NCBI RefSeq assembly: GCF_009914755.1
Contig: NC_060947.1
From: the human T2T-CHM13v2.0 reference genome, Homo sapiens
Length of the DNA: 64,000 bases
Strand: one strand, 5' to 3'
Positions 39,076-52,300 of this stretch are shown piece after piece (position 1 is the first letter of the stretch; each line of letters begins with the position of its first letter). The notes under the pieces are model-generated. The model saw only the letters and a program-made list of their open reading frames with translations. It made no database searches and was not told the origin of the DNA. Both the position numbers and the translations under genes were made by a program.

Positions 39076-41128
39076 GGTTCAACTCTGTGAGTTGAATACA
39101 AACATCACAAAGAATGTTCTGAGTTTGCTTCCGTTCAGTTATGGGAAGTTGATCCCGTTTCCAACGAAATCCTCAGAGAGGTCCAAATATCCCCTTGCAG
39201 ATTCTACAAAACGTGTGTTTGGAAACTGCTCCATCATAACGAATGTTCAGCTCCCTGAGTTAAACTCCATCGTCACAAAGAATTTTCTGAGAGTGCTACC
39301 GTCTGGTTTTTATATGAAGTTCTTTCCTTCACTACCACAGGCCTCAAAGCGGTCCAAATCTCCACTTGCAGATTCTACAAAAAGAGTGTTTGCAAACTGC
39401 TCTATCAAAAGGAATGTTCAACTCTGGGAGTTGAATGCAATCATCACAGAGCAGTTTCTGAGAATGCTTCTATGTCGTTTATAGGAGAAGATATTTCCTT
39501 TTCCAACACAGTCCTCCAAGCCCGCTAAATAGCCACTTGCACATTGTAGAAAAAGTGTGTCAAAGCTGCGCTATCAAAGGGAAAGTTCAACTCTGAGAGG
39601 TGAATGCAAACATCCCAAAGAAGTTTCTGAGAATGCTTCCGTTTAGCTTTTAGGTGAAGATTATCCCGTTTCCAACGAAACCTTCAAAGAGGTCCAAATA
39701 TCCCCTTGCGGATCCCACAGAGTGTTTCGAAACTGCTGTTTCAAAAGGAATCTTCAACTCTGTGAGTTGAATGCAATCATCACAAAGAAGTTTCTGACAA
39801 TGCTTCTCTCTCGTCTTTCTGTGAAGGTAAAGGAAAAGGCTTTCAGGCCTTTTCCACCACAGGCCTGAAAGCGCTCCAAATGTCCACTTGCAGATTCTGC
39901 CAAAAGAATATTTCAAAACTGCTCTATGAAAAGCAATGTTAAACTCTGTGGCTCGAACACAAACATCACAAAGCGGTTTCTGAGAATGCTTCAGTTTAGT
40001 TTTTCTGTGGAAATATTCCCGTTTCCAAAGAAATCTTCAAAGAGGTCCACGTATCCACTTACAGATTCTACAAAAAGACAGTTTCAAAACTGCTCCATCA
40101 AAAGGAGGGTTCAACTGTGTGACTTGAATGCAATCATCACTCAGAAGTTTCTGAGAATGCTTCTCTTTAGTTTTTACGTGAACATATACCCGTTTCGAAC
40201 GAAGGCCAGCCAGTGGTCCAAATATCCACTTGCAGATTCTACAGAAAGAGTGTTTCGAACCTGAACTCTCAAAGGCAGGTTCATCTCTGCGAGTTAAATG
40301 CATTCATCATGAAGAACTTTCTCAGAGTGTTTGTGTTTAGTTATGGGAAATTATTCCCGTTTCCAACGAAATCCTCAGAGAGCTCCAAATATCCACCTGC
40401 AGATTCTACCAAAAGTGTATTTGGAAACTGCTCCATCAAAAGGCATGTTCAGCTCTGTGAGTGAAACTCCATCATCACAAAGAATATTCTGAGAATGCTT
40501 CCGTTTGCCTTTTATATGAAGTTCCTTCCTATACGACCGTAGGCCTCAAAGCAGTCCAAATCTCCATTTGCAGATTCTACAAAAAGAGTGATTCCAATCT
40601 GCTCTATCAATAGGATTGTTCAACTCCATGAGTTGAATGCCATCCTCACAAAGTAGTTTCTGAGAATGCTTCTATCTAGTTTTTATGTGAAGATATTTCC
40701 TTTTCCACCACAGGCCTCAAAGCCCTCCAAACGTCCACTTGCAGATTCTCGAAAAAGAGTGTTTCATAGCTGCTCTTTCAAAAGGAAAGTTCAACTCTGG
40801 GAGTTGAATACAAACATCACAAAGTAGTTTCCGAGAATGCTTCTGTTTAGTTTTTATGTGAAGATGATCCCGTTTCCAGTGAAATCTTCAAAGAGGTCCA
40901 CATATCCCCTTGCAGATTCCAAAGAAAGAGGGTTTCAAAACTGCTCCATCAGAAGGATTGTTCAACTCTGTGAGTTGAATGCAGTCATCGCAGAAAACTT
41001 TCTGAGAATGCTTCTGTCTAGGTTTGATGTGAAGATATAGACGTTTCAAACGAAGGCTACAAAGTGGTCAAAATATACACTTGCAGATTCTACTACAAGG
41101 GTGTTGCAAACCTGAACTATCAAAGGAA
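39076..41128 (-). repeat. HOR length variant U20, 2053 bp (same 4-bp deletion near 39721)
   Basis: GGATCCCACAGAGTGTTT; ORF step 39011 to 41064 = 2053. Confidence 0.95.
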
Positions 41129-44100
41129 GGTTCAACTCTGTGAGTTGAATACAAACATCACAAAGAATGTTCTGAGTTTGCTTCCGTTCAGTTATGGGAA
41201 GTTGATCCCGTTTCCAACGAAATCCTCAGAGAGGTCCAAATATCCCCTTGCAGATTCTACAAAACGTGTGTTTGGAAACTGCTCCATCATAACGAATGTT
41301 CAGCTCCCTGAGTTAAACTCCATCGTCACAAAGAATTTTCTGAGAGTGCTACCGTCTGGTTTTTATATGAAGCTCTTTCCTTCACTACCACAGGCCTCAA
41401 AGCGGTCCAAATCTCCACTTGCAGATTCTACAAAAAGAGTGTTTGCAAACTGCTCTATCAAAAGGAATGTTCAACCCTGGGAGTTGAATGCAATCATCAC
41501 AGAGCAGTTTCTGAGAATGCTTCTATGTCGTTTTTAGGAGAAGATATTACCTTTTCCAACACAGTCCTCCAAGCCCGCTAAATAGCCACTTGCACATTGT
41601 AGAAAAAGTGTGTCAAAGCTGCGCTATCAAAGGGAAAGTTCAACTCTGTGAGGTGAATGCAAACATCCCAAAGAAGTTTCTGAGAATGCTTCCGTTTAGC
41701 TTTTAGGTGAAGATTATCCCGTTTCCAACGAAACCTTCAAAGAGGTCCAAATATCCCCTTGCGGATCCCACAGAAAGAGTGTTTCGAAACTGCTGTTTCA
41801 AAAGGAATCTTCAACTCTGTGAGTTGAATGCAATCATCACAAAGAAGTTTCTGACAATGCTTCTCTCTCGTCTTTCTGTGAAGGTAAAGGAAAAGGCTTT
41901 CAGGCCTTTTCCACCACAGGCCTGAAAGCGCTCCAAATGTCCACTTGCAGATTCTGCCAAAAGAATATTTCAAAACTGCTCTATGAAAAGCAATGTTAAA
42001 CTCTGTGGCTCGAACACAAACATCACAAAGCGGTTTCTGAGAATGCTTCAGTTTAGTTTTTCTGTGGAAATATTCCCGTTTCCAAAGAAATCTTCAAAGA
42101 GGTCCACGTATCCACTTACAGATTCTACAAAAAGACAGTTTCAAAACTGCTCCATCAAAAGGAGGGTTCAACTGTGTGACTTGAATGCAATCATCACTCA
42201 GAAGTTTCTGAGAATGCTTCTCTTTAGTTTTTACGTGAACATATACCCGTTTCGAACGAAGGCCACCCAGTGGTCCAAATATCCACTTGCAGATTCTACA
42301 GAAAGAGTGTTTCGAACCTGAACTCTCAAAGGCAGGTTCATCTCTGCGAGTTAAATGCATTCATCATGAAGAACTTTCTCAGAGTGTTTGTGTTTAGTTA
42401 TGGGAAATTATTCCCGTTTCCAACGAAATCCTCAGAGAGCTCCAAATATCCACCTGCAGATTCTACCAAAAGTGTATTTGGAAACTGCTCCATCAAAAGG
42501 CATGTTCAGCTCTGTGAGTGAAACTCCATCATCACAAAGAATATTCTGAGAATGCTTCCGTTTGCCTTTTATATGAACTTCCTTCCTATACGACCGTAGG
42601 CCTCAAAGCAGTCCAAATCTCCATTTGCAGATTCTACAAAAAGAGTGATTCCAATCTGCTCTATCAATAGGATTGTTCAACTCCATGAGTTGAATGCCAT
42701 CCTCACAAAGTCGTTTCTGAGAATGCTTCTATCTAGTTTTTATGTGAAGATATTTCCTTTTCCACCACAGGCCTCAAAGCCCTCCAAACGTCCACTTGCA
42801 GATTCTCGAAAAAGAGTGTTTCATAGCTGCTCTTTCAAAAGGAAAGTTCAACTCTGGGAGTTGAATACAAACATCACAAAGTAGTTTCCGAGAATGCTTC
42901 TGTTTAGTTTTTATGTGAAGATGATCCCGTTTCCAGTGAAATCTTCAAAGAGGTCCACATATCCCCTTGCAGATTCCAAAGAAAGAGGGTTTCAAAACTG
43001 CTCCATCAGAAGGATTGTTCAACTCTGTGAGTTGAATGCAGTCATCGCAGAAAACTTTCTGAGAATGCTTCTGTCTAGGTTTGATGTGAAGATATAGACG
43101 TTTCAAACGAAGGCTACAAAGTGGTCAAAATATACACTTGCAGATTCTACTACAAGGGTGTTGCAAACCTGAACTATCAAAGGAAGGTTCAACTCTGTGA
43201 GTTGAATACAAACATCACAAAGAATGTTCTGAGTTTGCTTCCGTTCAGTTATGGGAAGTTGATCCCGTTTCCAACGAAATCCTCAGAGAGGTCCAAATAT
43301 CCCCTTGCAGATTCTACAAAACGTGTGTTTGGAAACTGCTCCATCATAACGAATGTTCAGCTCCCTGAGTTAAACTCCATCGTCACAAAGAATTTTCTGA
43401 GAGTGCTACCGTCTGGTTTTTATATGATGCTCTTTCCTTCACTACCACAGGCCTCAAAGCGGTCCAAATCTCCACTTGCAGATTCTACAAAAAGAGTGTT
43501 TGCAAACTGCTCTATCAAAAGGAATGTTCAACTCTGGGAGTTGAATGCAATCATCACAGAGCAGTTTCTGAGAATGCTTCTATGTCGTTTTTAGGAGAAG
43601 ATATTTCCTTTTCCAACACAGTCCTCCAAGCCCGCTAAATAGCCACTTGCACATTGTAGAAAAAGTGTGTCAAAGCTGCGCTATCAAAGGGAAAGTTCAA
43701 CTCTGTGAGGTGAATGCAAACATCCCAAAGAAGTTTCTGAGAATGCTTCCGTTTAGCTTTTAGGTGAAGATTATCCCGTTTCCAACGAAACCTTCAAAGA
43801 GGTCCAAATATCCCCTTGCGGATCCCACAGAAAGAGTGTTTCGAAACTGCTGTTTCAAAAGGAATCTTCAACTCTGTGAGTTGAATGCAATCATCCCAAA
43901 GAAGTTTCTGACAATGCTTCTCTCTCGTCTTTCTGTGAAGATAAAGGAAAAGGCTTTCAGGCCTTTTCCACCACAGGCCTGAAAGCGCTCCAAATGTCCA
44001 CTTGCAGATTCTGCCAAAAGAATATTTCAAAACTGCTCTATGAAAAGCAATGTTAAACTCTGTGGCTCGAACACAAACATCACAAAGCGGTTTCTGAGAA

Positions 44101-45242
44101 TGCTTCAGTTTAGTTTTTCTGTGGAAATATTCCCGTTTCCAAAGAAATCTTCAAAGAGGTCCACTTATCCACTTACAGATTCTACAAAAAGACAGTTTCA
44201 AAACTGCTCCATCAAAAGGAGGGTTCAACTGTGTGACTTGAATGCAATCATCACTCAGAAGTTTCTGAGAATGCTTCTCTTTAGTTTTTACGTGAACATA
44301 TACCCGTTTCGAACGAAGGCCACCCAGTGGTCCAAATATCCACTTGCAGATTCTACAGAAAGAGTGTTTCGAACCTGAACTCTCAAAGGCAGGTTCATCT
44401 CTGCGAGTTAAATGCATTCATCATGAAGAACTTTCTCAGAGTGTTTGTGTTTAGTTATGGGAAATTATTCCCGTTTCCAACGAAATCCTCAGAGAGCTCC
44501 AAATATCCACCTGCAGATTCTACCAAAAGTGTATTTGGAAACTGCTCCATCAAAAGGCATGTTCAGCTCTGTGAGTGAAACTCCATCATCACAAAGAATA
44601 TTCTGAGAATGCTTCCGTTTGCCTTTTATATGAAGTTCCTTCCTATACGACCGTAGGCCTCAAAGCAGTCCAAATCTCCATTTGCAGATTCTACAAAAAG
44701 AGTGATTCCAATCTGCTCTATCAATAGGATTGTTCAACTCCATGAGTTGAATGCCATCCTCACAAAGTAGTTTCTGAGAATGCTTCTATCTAGTTTTTAT
44801 GTGAAGATATTTCCTTTTCCACCACAGGCCTCAAAGCCCTCCAAACGTCCACTTGCAGATTCTCGAAAAAGAGTGTTTCATAGCTGCTCTTTCAAAAGGA
44901 AAGTTCAACTCTGGGAGTTGAATACAAACATCACAAAGTAGTTTCCGAGAATGCTTCTGTTTAGTTTTTATGTGAAGATGATCCCGTTTCCAGTGAAATC
45001 TTCAAAGAGGTCCACATATCCCCTTGCAGATTCCAAAGAAAGAGGGTTTCAAAACTGCTCCATCAGAAGGATTGTTCAACTCTGTGAGTTGAATGCAGTC
45101 ATCGCAGAAAACTTTCTGAGAATGCTTCTGTCTAGGTTTGATGTGAAGATATAGACGTTTCAAACGAAGGCTACAAAGTGGTCAAAATATACACTTGCAG
45201 ATTCTACTACAAGGGTGTTGCAAACCTGAACTATCAAAGGAA

Positions 45243-48200
45243 GGTTCAACTCTGTGAGTTGAATACAAACATCACAAAGAATGTTCTGAGTTTGCTTCCG
45301 TTCAGTTATGGGAAGTTGATCCCGTTTCCAACGAAATCCTCAGAGAGGTCCAAATATCCCCTTGCAGATTCTACAAAACGTGTGTTTGGAAACTGCTCCA
45401 TCATAACGAATGTTCAGCTCCCTGAGTTAAACTCCATCGTCACAAAGAATTTTCTGAGAGTGCTACCGTCTGGTTTTTATATGAAGTTCTTTCCTTCACT
45501 ACCACAGACCTCAAAGCGGTCCAAATCTCCACTTGCAGATTCTACAAAAAGAGTGTTTGCAAACTGCTCTATCAAAAGGAATGTTCAACTCTGGGAGTTG
45601 AATGCAATCATCACAGAGCAGTTTCTGAGAATGCTTCTATGTCGTTTTTAGGAGAAGATATTTCCTTTTCCAACACAGTCCTCCAAGCCCGCTAAATAGC
45701 CACTTGCACATTGTAGAAAAAGTGTGTCAAAGCTGCGCTATCAAAGGGAAAGTTCAACTCTGTGAGGTGAATGCAAACATCCCAAAGAAGTTTCTGAGAA
45801 TGCTTCCGTTTAGCTTTTAGGTGAAGATTATCCCGTTTCCAACGAAACCTTCAAAGAGGTCCAAATATCCCCTTGCGGATCCCACAGAAAGAGTGTTTCG
45901 AAACTGCTGTTTCAAAAGGAATCTTCAACTCTGTGAGTTGAATGCAATCATCACAAAGAAGTTTCTGACAATGCTTCTCTCTCGTCTTTCTGTGAAGATA
46001 AAGGAAAAGGCTTTCAGGCCTTTTCCACCACAGGCCTGAAAGCGCTCCAAATGTCCACTTGCAGATTCTGCGAAAAGAATATTTCAAAACTGCTCTATGA
46101 AAAGCAATGTTAAACTCTGTGGCTCGAACACAAACATCACAAAGCAGTTTCTGAGAATGCTTCAGTTTAGTTTTTCTGTGGAAATATTCCCGTTTCAAAG
46201 AAATCTTCAAAGAGGTCCACGTATCCACTTACAGATTCTACAAAAAGACAGTTTCAAAACTGCTCCATCAAAAGGAGGGTTCAACTGTGTGACTTGAATG
46301 CAATCATCACTCAGAAGTTTCTGAGAATGCTTCTCTTTAGTTTTTACGTGAACATATACCCGTTTCGAACGAAGGCCAGCCAGTGGTCCAAATATCCACT
46401 TGCAGATTCTACAGAAAGAGTGTTTCGAACCTGAACTCTCAAAGGCAGGTTCATCTCTGCGAGTTAAATGCATTCATCATGAAGAACTTTCTCAGAGTGT
46501 TTGTGTTTAGTTATGGGAAATTATTCCCGTTTCCAACGAAATCCTCAGAGAGCTCCAAATATCCACCTGCAGATTCTACCAAAAGTGTATTTGGAAACTG
46601 CTCCATCAAAAGGCATGTTCAGCTCTGTGAGTGAAACTCCATCATCACAAAGAATATTCTGAGAATGCTTCCGTTTGCCTTTTATATGAAGTTCCTTCCT
46701 ATACGACCGTAGGCCTCAAAGCAGTCCAAATCTCCATTTGCAGATTCTACAAAAAGAGTGATTCCAATCTGCTCTATCAATAGGATTGTTTAACTCCATG
46801 AGTTGAATGCCATCCTCACAAAGTCGTTTCTGAGAATGCTTCTATCTAGTTTTTATGTGAAGATATTTCCTTTTCCACCACAGGCCTCAAAGCCCTCCAA
46901 ACGTCCACTTGCAGATTCTCGAAAAAGAGTGTTTCATAGCTGCTCTTTCAAAAGGAAAGTTCAACTCTGGGAGTTGAATACAAACATCACAAAGTAGTTT
47001 CCGAGAATGCTTCTGTTTAGTTTTTATGTGAAGATGATCCCGTTTCCAGTGAAATCTTCAAAGAGGTCCACATATCCCCTTGCAGATTCCAAAGAAAGAG
47101 GGTTTCAAAACTGCTCCATCAGAAGGATTGTTCAACTCTGTGAGTTGAATGCAGTCATCGCAGAAAACTTTCTGAGAATGCTTCTGTCTAGGTTTGATGT
47201 GAAGATATAGACGTTTCAAACGAAGGCTACAAAGTGGTCAAAATATACACTTGCAGATTCTACTACAAGGGTGTTGCAAACCTGAACTATCAAAGGAAGG
47301 TTCAACTCTGTGAGTTGAATACAAACATCACAAAGAATGTTCTGAGTTTGCTTCCGTTCAGTTATGGGAAGTTGATCCCGTTTCCAACGAAATCCTCAGA
47401 GAGGTCCAAATATCCCCTTGCAGATTCTACAAAACGTGTGTTTGGAAACTGCTCCATCATAACGAATGTTCAGCTCCCTGAGTTAAACTCCATCGTCACA
47501 AAGAATTTTCTGAGAGTGCTACCGTCTGGTTTTTATATGAAGTTCTTTCCTTCACTACCACAGACCTCAAAGCGGTCCAAATCTCCACTTGCAGATTCTA
47601 CAAAAAGAGTGTTTGCAAACTGCTCTATCAAAAGGAATGTTCAACTCTGGGAGTTGAATGCAATCATCACAGAGCAGTTTCTGAGAATGCTTCTATGTCG
47701 TTTTTAGGAGAAGATATTTCCTTTTCCAACACAGTCCTCCAAGCCCGCTAAATAGCCACTTGCACATTGTAGAAAAAGTGTGTCAAAGCTGCGCTATCAA
47801 AGGGAAAGTTCAACTCTGTGAGGTGAATGCAAACATCCCAAAGAAGTTTCTGAGAATGCTTCCGTTTAGCTTTTAGGTGAAGATTATCCCGTTTCCAACG
47901 AAACCTTCAAAGAGGTCCAAATATCCCCTTGCGGATCCCACAGAAAGAGTGTTTCGAAACTGCTGTTTCAAAAGGAATCTTCAACTCTGTGAGTTGAATG
48001 CAATCATCACAAAGAAGTTTCTGACAATGCTTCTCTCTCGTCTTTCTGTGAAGATAAAGGAAAAGGCTTTCAGGCCTTTTCCACCACAGGCCTGAAAGCG
48101 CTCCAAATGTCCACTTGCAGATTCTGCGAAAAGAATATTTCAAAACTGCTCTATGAAAAGCAATGTTAAACTCTGTGGCTCGAACACAAACATCACAAAG

Positions 48201-49354
48201 CAGTTTCTGAGAATGCTTCAGTTTAGTTTTTCTGTGGAAATATTCCCGTTTCAAAGAAATCTTCAAAGAGGTCCACGTATCCACTTACAGATTCTACAAA
48301 AAGACAGTTTCAAAACTGCTCCATCAAAAGGAGGGTTCAACTGTGTGACTTGAATGCAATCATCACTCAGAAGTTTCTGAGAATGCTTCTCTTTAGTTTT
48401 TACGTGAACATATACCCGTTTCGAACGAAGGCCACCCAGTGGTCCAAATATCCACTTGCAGATTCTACAGAAAGAGTGTTTCGAACCTGAACTCTCAAAG
48501 GCAGGTTCATCTCTGCGAGTTAAATGCATTCATCATGAAGAACTTTCTCAGAGTGTTTGTGTTTAGTTATGGGAAATTATTCCCGTTTCCAACGAAATCC
48601 TCAGAGAGCTCCAAATATCCACCTGCAGATTCTACCAAAAGTGTATTTGGAAACTGCTCCATCAAAAGGCATGTTCAGCTCTGTGAGTGAAACTCCATCA
48701 TCACAAAGAATATTCTGAGAATGCTTCCGTTTGCCTTTTATATGAAGTTCCTTCCTATACGACCGTAGGCCTCAAAGCAGTCCAAATCTCCATTTGCAGA
48801 TTCTACAAAAAGAGTGATTCCAATCTGCTCTATCAATAGGATTGTTCAACTCCATGAGTTGAATGCCATCCTCACAAAGTCGTTTCTGAGAATGCTTCTA
48901 TCTAGTTTTTATGTGAAGATATTTCCTTTTCCACCACAGGCCTCAAAGCCCTCCAAACGTCCACTTGCAGATTCTCGAAAAAGAGTGTTTCATAGCTGCT
49001 CTTTCAAAAGGAAAGTTCAACTCTGGGAGTTGAATACAAACATCACAAAGTAGTTTCCGAGAATGCTTCTGTTTAGTTTTTATGTGAAGATGATCCCGTT
49101 TCCAGTGAAATCTTCAAAGAGGTCCACATATCCCCTTGCAGATTCCAAAGAAAGAGGGTTTCAAAACTGCTCCATCAGAAGGATTGTTCAACTCTGTGAG
49201 TTGAATGCAGTCATCGCAGAAAACTTTCTGAGAATGCTTCTGTCTAGGTTTGATGTGAAGATATAGACGTTTCAAACGAAGGCTACAAAGTGGTCAAAAT
49301 ATACACTTGCAGATTCTACTACAAGGGTGTTGCAAACCTGAACTATCAAAGGAA
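45243..49354 (-). repeat. Two adjacent 2056-bp HOR variants U23 and U24 (1-bp deletion at 46196 and 48252)
   Basis: CCCGTTTCAAAG instead of CCCGTTTCCAAAG in both; ORF steps 45178 to 47234 to 49290 = 2056 each. Confidence 0.93.
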
Positions 49355-52300
49355 GGTTCAACTCTGTGAGTTGAATACAAACATCACAAAGAATGTTCTG
49401 AGTTTGCTTCCGTTCAGTTATGGGAAGTTGATCCCGTTTCCAACGAAATCCTCAGAGAGGTCCAAATATCCCCTTGCAGATTCTACAAAACGTGTGTTTG
49501 GAAACTGCTCCATCATAACGAATGTTCAGCTCCCTGAGTTAAACTCCATCGTCACAAAGAATGTTCTGAGAGTGCTACCGTCTGGTTTTTATATGAAGCT
49601 CTTTCCTTCACTACCACAGGCCTCAAAGCGGTCCAAATCTCCACTTGCAGATTCTACAAAAAGAGTGTTTGCAAACTGCTCTATCAAAAGGAATGTTCAA
49701 CTCTGGGAGTTGAATGCAATCATCACAGAGCAGTTTCTGAGAATGCTTCTATGTCGTTTTTAGGAGAAGATATTTCCTTTTCCAACACAGTCCTCCAAGC
49801 CCGCTAAATAGCCACTTGCACATTGTAGAAAACGTGTGTCAAAGCTGCGCTATCAAAGGGAAAGTTCAACTCTGTGAGGTGAATGCAAACATCCCAAAGA
49901 AGTTTCTGAGAATGCTTCCGTTTAGCTTTTAGGTGAAGATTATCCCGTTTCCAACGAAACCTTCAAAGAGGTCCAAATATCCCCTTGCGGATCCCACAGA
50001 AAGAGTGTTTCGAAACTGCTGTTTCAAAAGGAATCTTCAACTCTGTGAGTTGAATGCAATCATCACAAAGAAGTTTCTGACAATGCTTCTCTCTCGTCTT
50101 TCTGTGAAGATAAAGGAAAAGGCTTTCAGGCCTTTTCCACCACAGGCCTGAAAGCGCTCCAAATGTCCACTTGCAGATTCTGCCAAAAGAATATTTCAAA
50201 ACTGCTCTATGAAAAGCAATGTTAAACTCTGTGGCTCGAACACAAACATCACAAAGCGGTTTCTGAGAATGCTTCAGTTTAGTTTTTCTGTGGAAATATT
50301 CCCGTTTCCAAAGAAATCTTCAAAGAGGTCCACGTATCCACTTACAGATTCTACAAAAAGACAGTTTCAAAACTGCTCCATCAAAAGGAGGGTTCAACTG
50401 TGTGACTTGAATGCAATCATCACTCAGAAGTTTCTGAGAATGCTTCTCTTTAGTTTTTACGTGAACATATACCCGTTTCGAACGAAGGCCAGCCAGTGGT
50501 CCAAATATCCACTTGCAGATTCTACAGAAAGAGTGTTTCGAACCTGAACTCTCAAAGGCAGGTTCATCTCTGCGAGTTAAATGCATTCATCATGAAGAAC
50601 TTTCTCAGAGTGTTTGTGTTTAGTTATGGGAAATTATTCCCGTTTCCAACGAAATCCTCAGAGAGCTCCAAATATCCACCTGCAGATTCTACCAAAAGTG
50701 TATTTGGAAACTGCTCCATCAAAAGGCATGTTCAGCTCTGTGAGTGAAACTCCATCATCACAAAGAATATTCTGAGAATGCTTCCGTTTGCCTTTTATAT
50801 GAACTTCCTTCCTATACGACCGTAGGCCTCAAAGCAGTCCAAATCTCCATTTGCAGATTCTACAAAAAGAGTGATTCCAATCTGCTCTATCAATAGGATT
50901 GTTCAGCTCCATGAGTTGAATGCCATCCTCACAAAGTAGTTTCTGAGAATGCTTCTATCTAGTTTTTATGTGAAGATATTTCCTTTTCCACCACAGGCCT
51001 CAAAGCCCTCCAAACGTCCACTTGCAGATTCTCGAAAAAGAGTGTTTCATAGCTGCTCTTTCAAAAGGAAAGTTCAACTCTGGGAGTTGAATACAAACAT
51101 CACAAAGTAGTTTCCGAGAATGCTTCTGTTTAGTTTTTATGTGAAGATGATCCCGTTTCCAGTGAAATCTTCAAAGAGGTCCACATATCCCCTTGCAGAT
51201 TCCAAAGAAAGAGGGTTTCAAAACTGCTCCATCAGAAGGATTGTTCAACTCTGTGAGTTGAATGCAGTCATCGCAGAAAACTTTCTGAGAATGCTTCTGT
51301 CTAGGTTTGATGTGAAGATATAGACGTTTCAAACGAAGGCTACAAAGTGGTCAAAATATACACTTGCAGATTCTACTACAAGGGTGTTGCAAACCTGAAC
51401 TATCAAAGGAAGGTTCAACTCTGTGAGTTGAATACAAACATCACAAAGAATGTTCTGAGTTTGCTTCCGTTCAGTTATGGGAAGTTGATCCCGTTTCCAA
51501 CGAAATCCTCAGAGAGGTCCAAATATCCCCTTGCAGATTCTACAAAACGTGTGTTTGGAAACTGCTCCATCATAACGAATGTTCAGCTCCCTGAGTTAAA
51601 CTCCATTGTCACAAAGAATTTTCTGAGAGTGCTACCGTCTGGTTTTTATATGAAGCTCTTTCCTTCACTACCACAGGCCTCAAAGCGTTCCAAATCTCCA
51701 CTTGCAGATTCTACAAAAAGAGTGTTTGCAAACTGCTCTATCAAAAGGAATGTTCAACTCTGGGAGTTGAATGCAATCATCACAGAGCAGTTTCTGAGAA
51801 TGCTTCTATGTCGTTTTTAGGAGAAGATATTTCCTTTTCCAACACAGTCCTCCAAGCCCGCTAAATAGCCACTTGCACATTGTAGAAAAAGTGTGTCAAA
51901 GCTGCGCTATCAAAGGGAAAGTTCAACTCTGTGAGGTGAATGCAAACATCCCAAAGAAGTTTCTGAGAATGCTTCCGTTTAGCTTTTAGGTGAAGATTAT
52001 CCCGTTTCCAACGAAACCTTCAAAGAGGTCCAAATATCCCCTTGCGGATCCCACAGAAAGAGTGTTTCGAAACTGCTGTTTCAAAAGGAATCTTCAACTC
52101 TGTGAGTTGAATGCAATCATCACAAAGAAGTTTCTGACAATGCTTCTCTCTCGTCTTTCTGTGAAGATAAAGGAAAAGGCTTTCAGGCCTTTTCCACCAC
52201 AGGCCTGAAAGCGCTCCAAATGTCCACTTGCAGATTCTGCCAAAAGAATATTTAAAAACTGCTCTATGAAAAGCAATGTTAAACTCTGTGGCTCGAACAC

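Noticed and set aside
45851-48284. Longer 125-aa minus-strand ORFs in U23/U24 and other unit-specific ORFs (3481, 10511, 53421)
   Set aside because: Each is explained by a single indel or SNV that fuses frames or creates/removes a start or stop codon.
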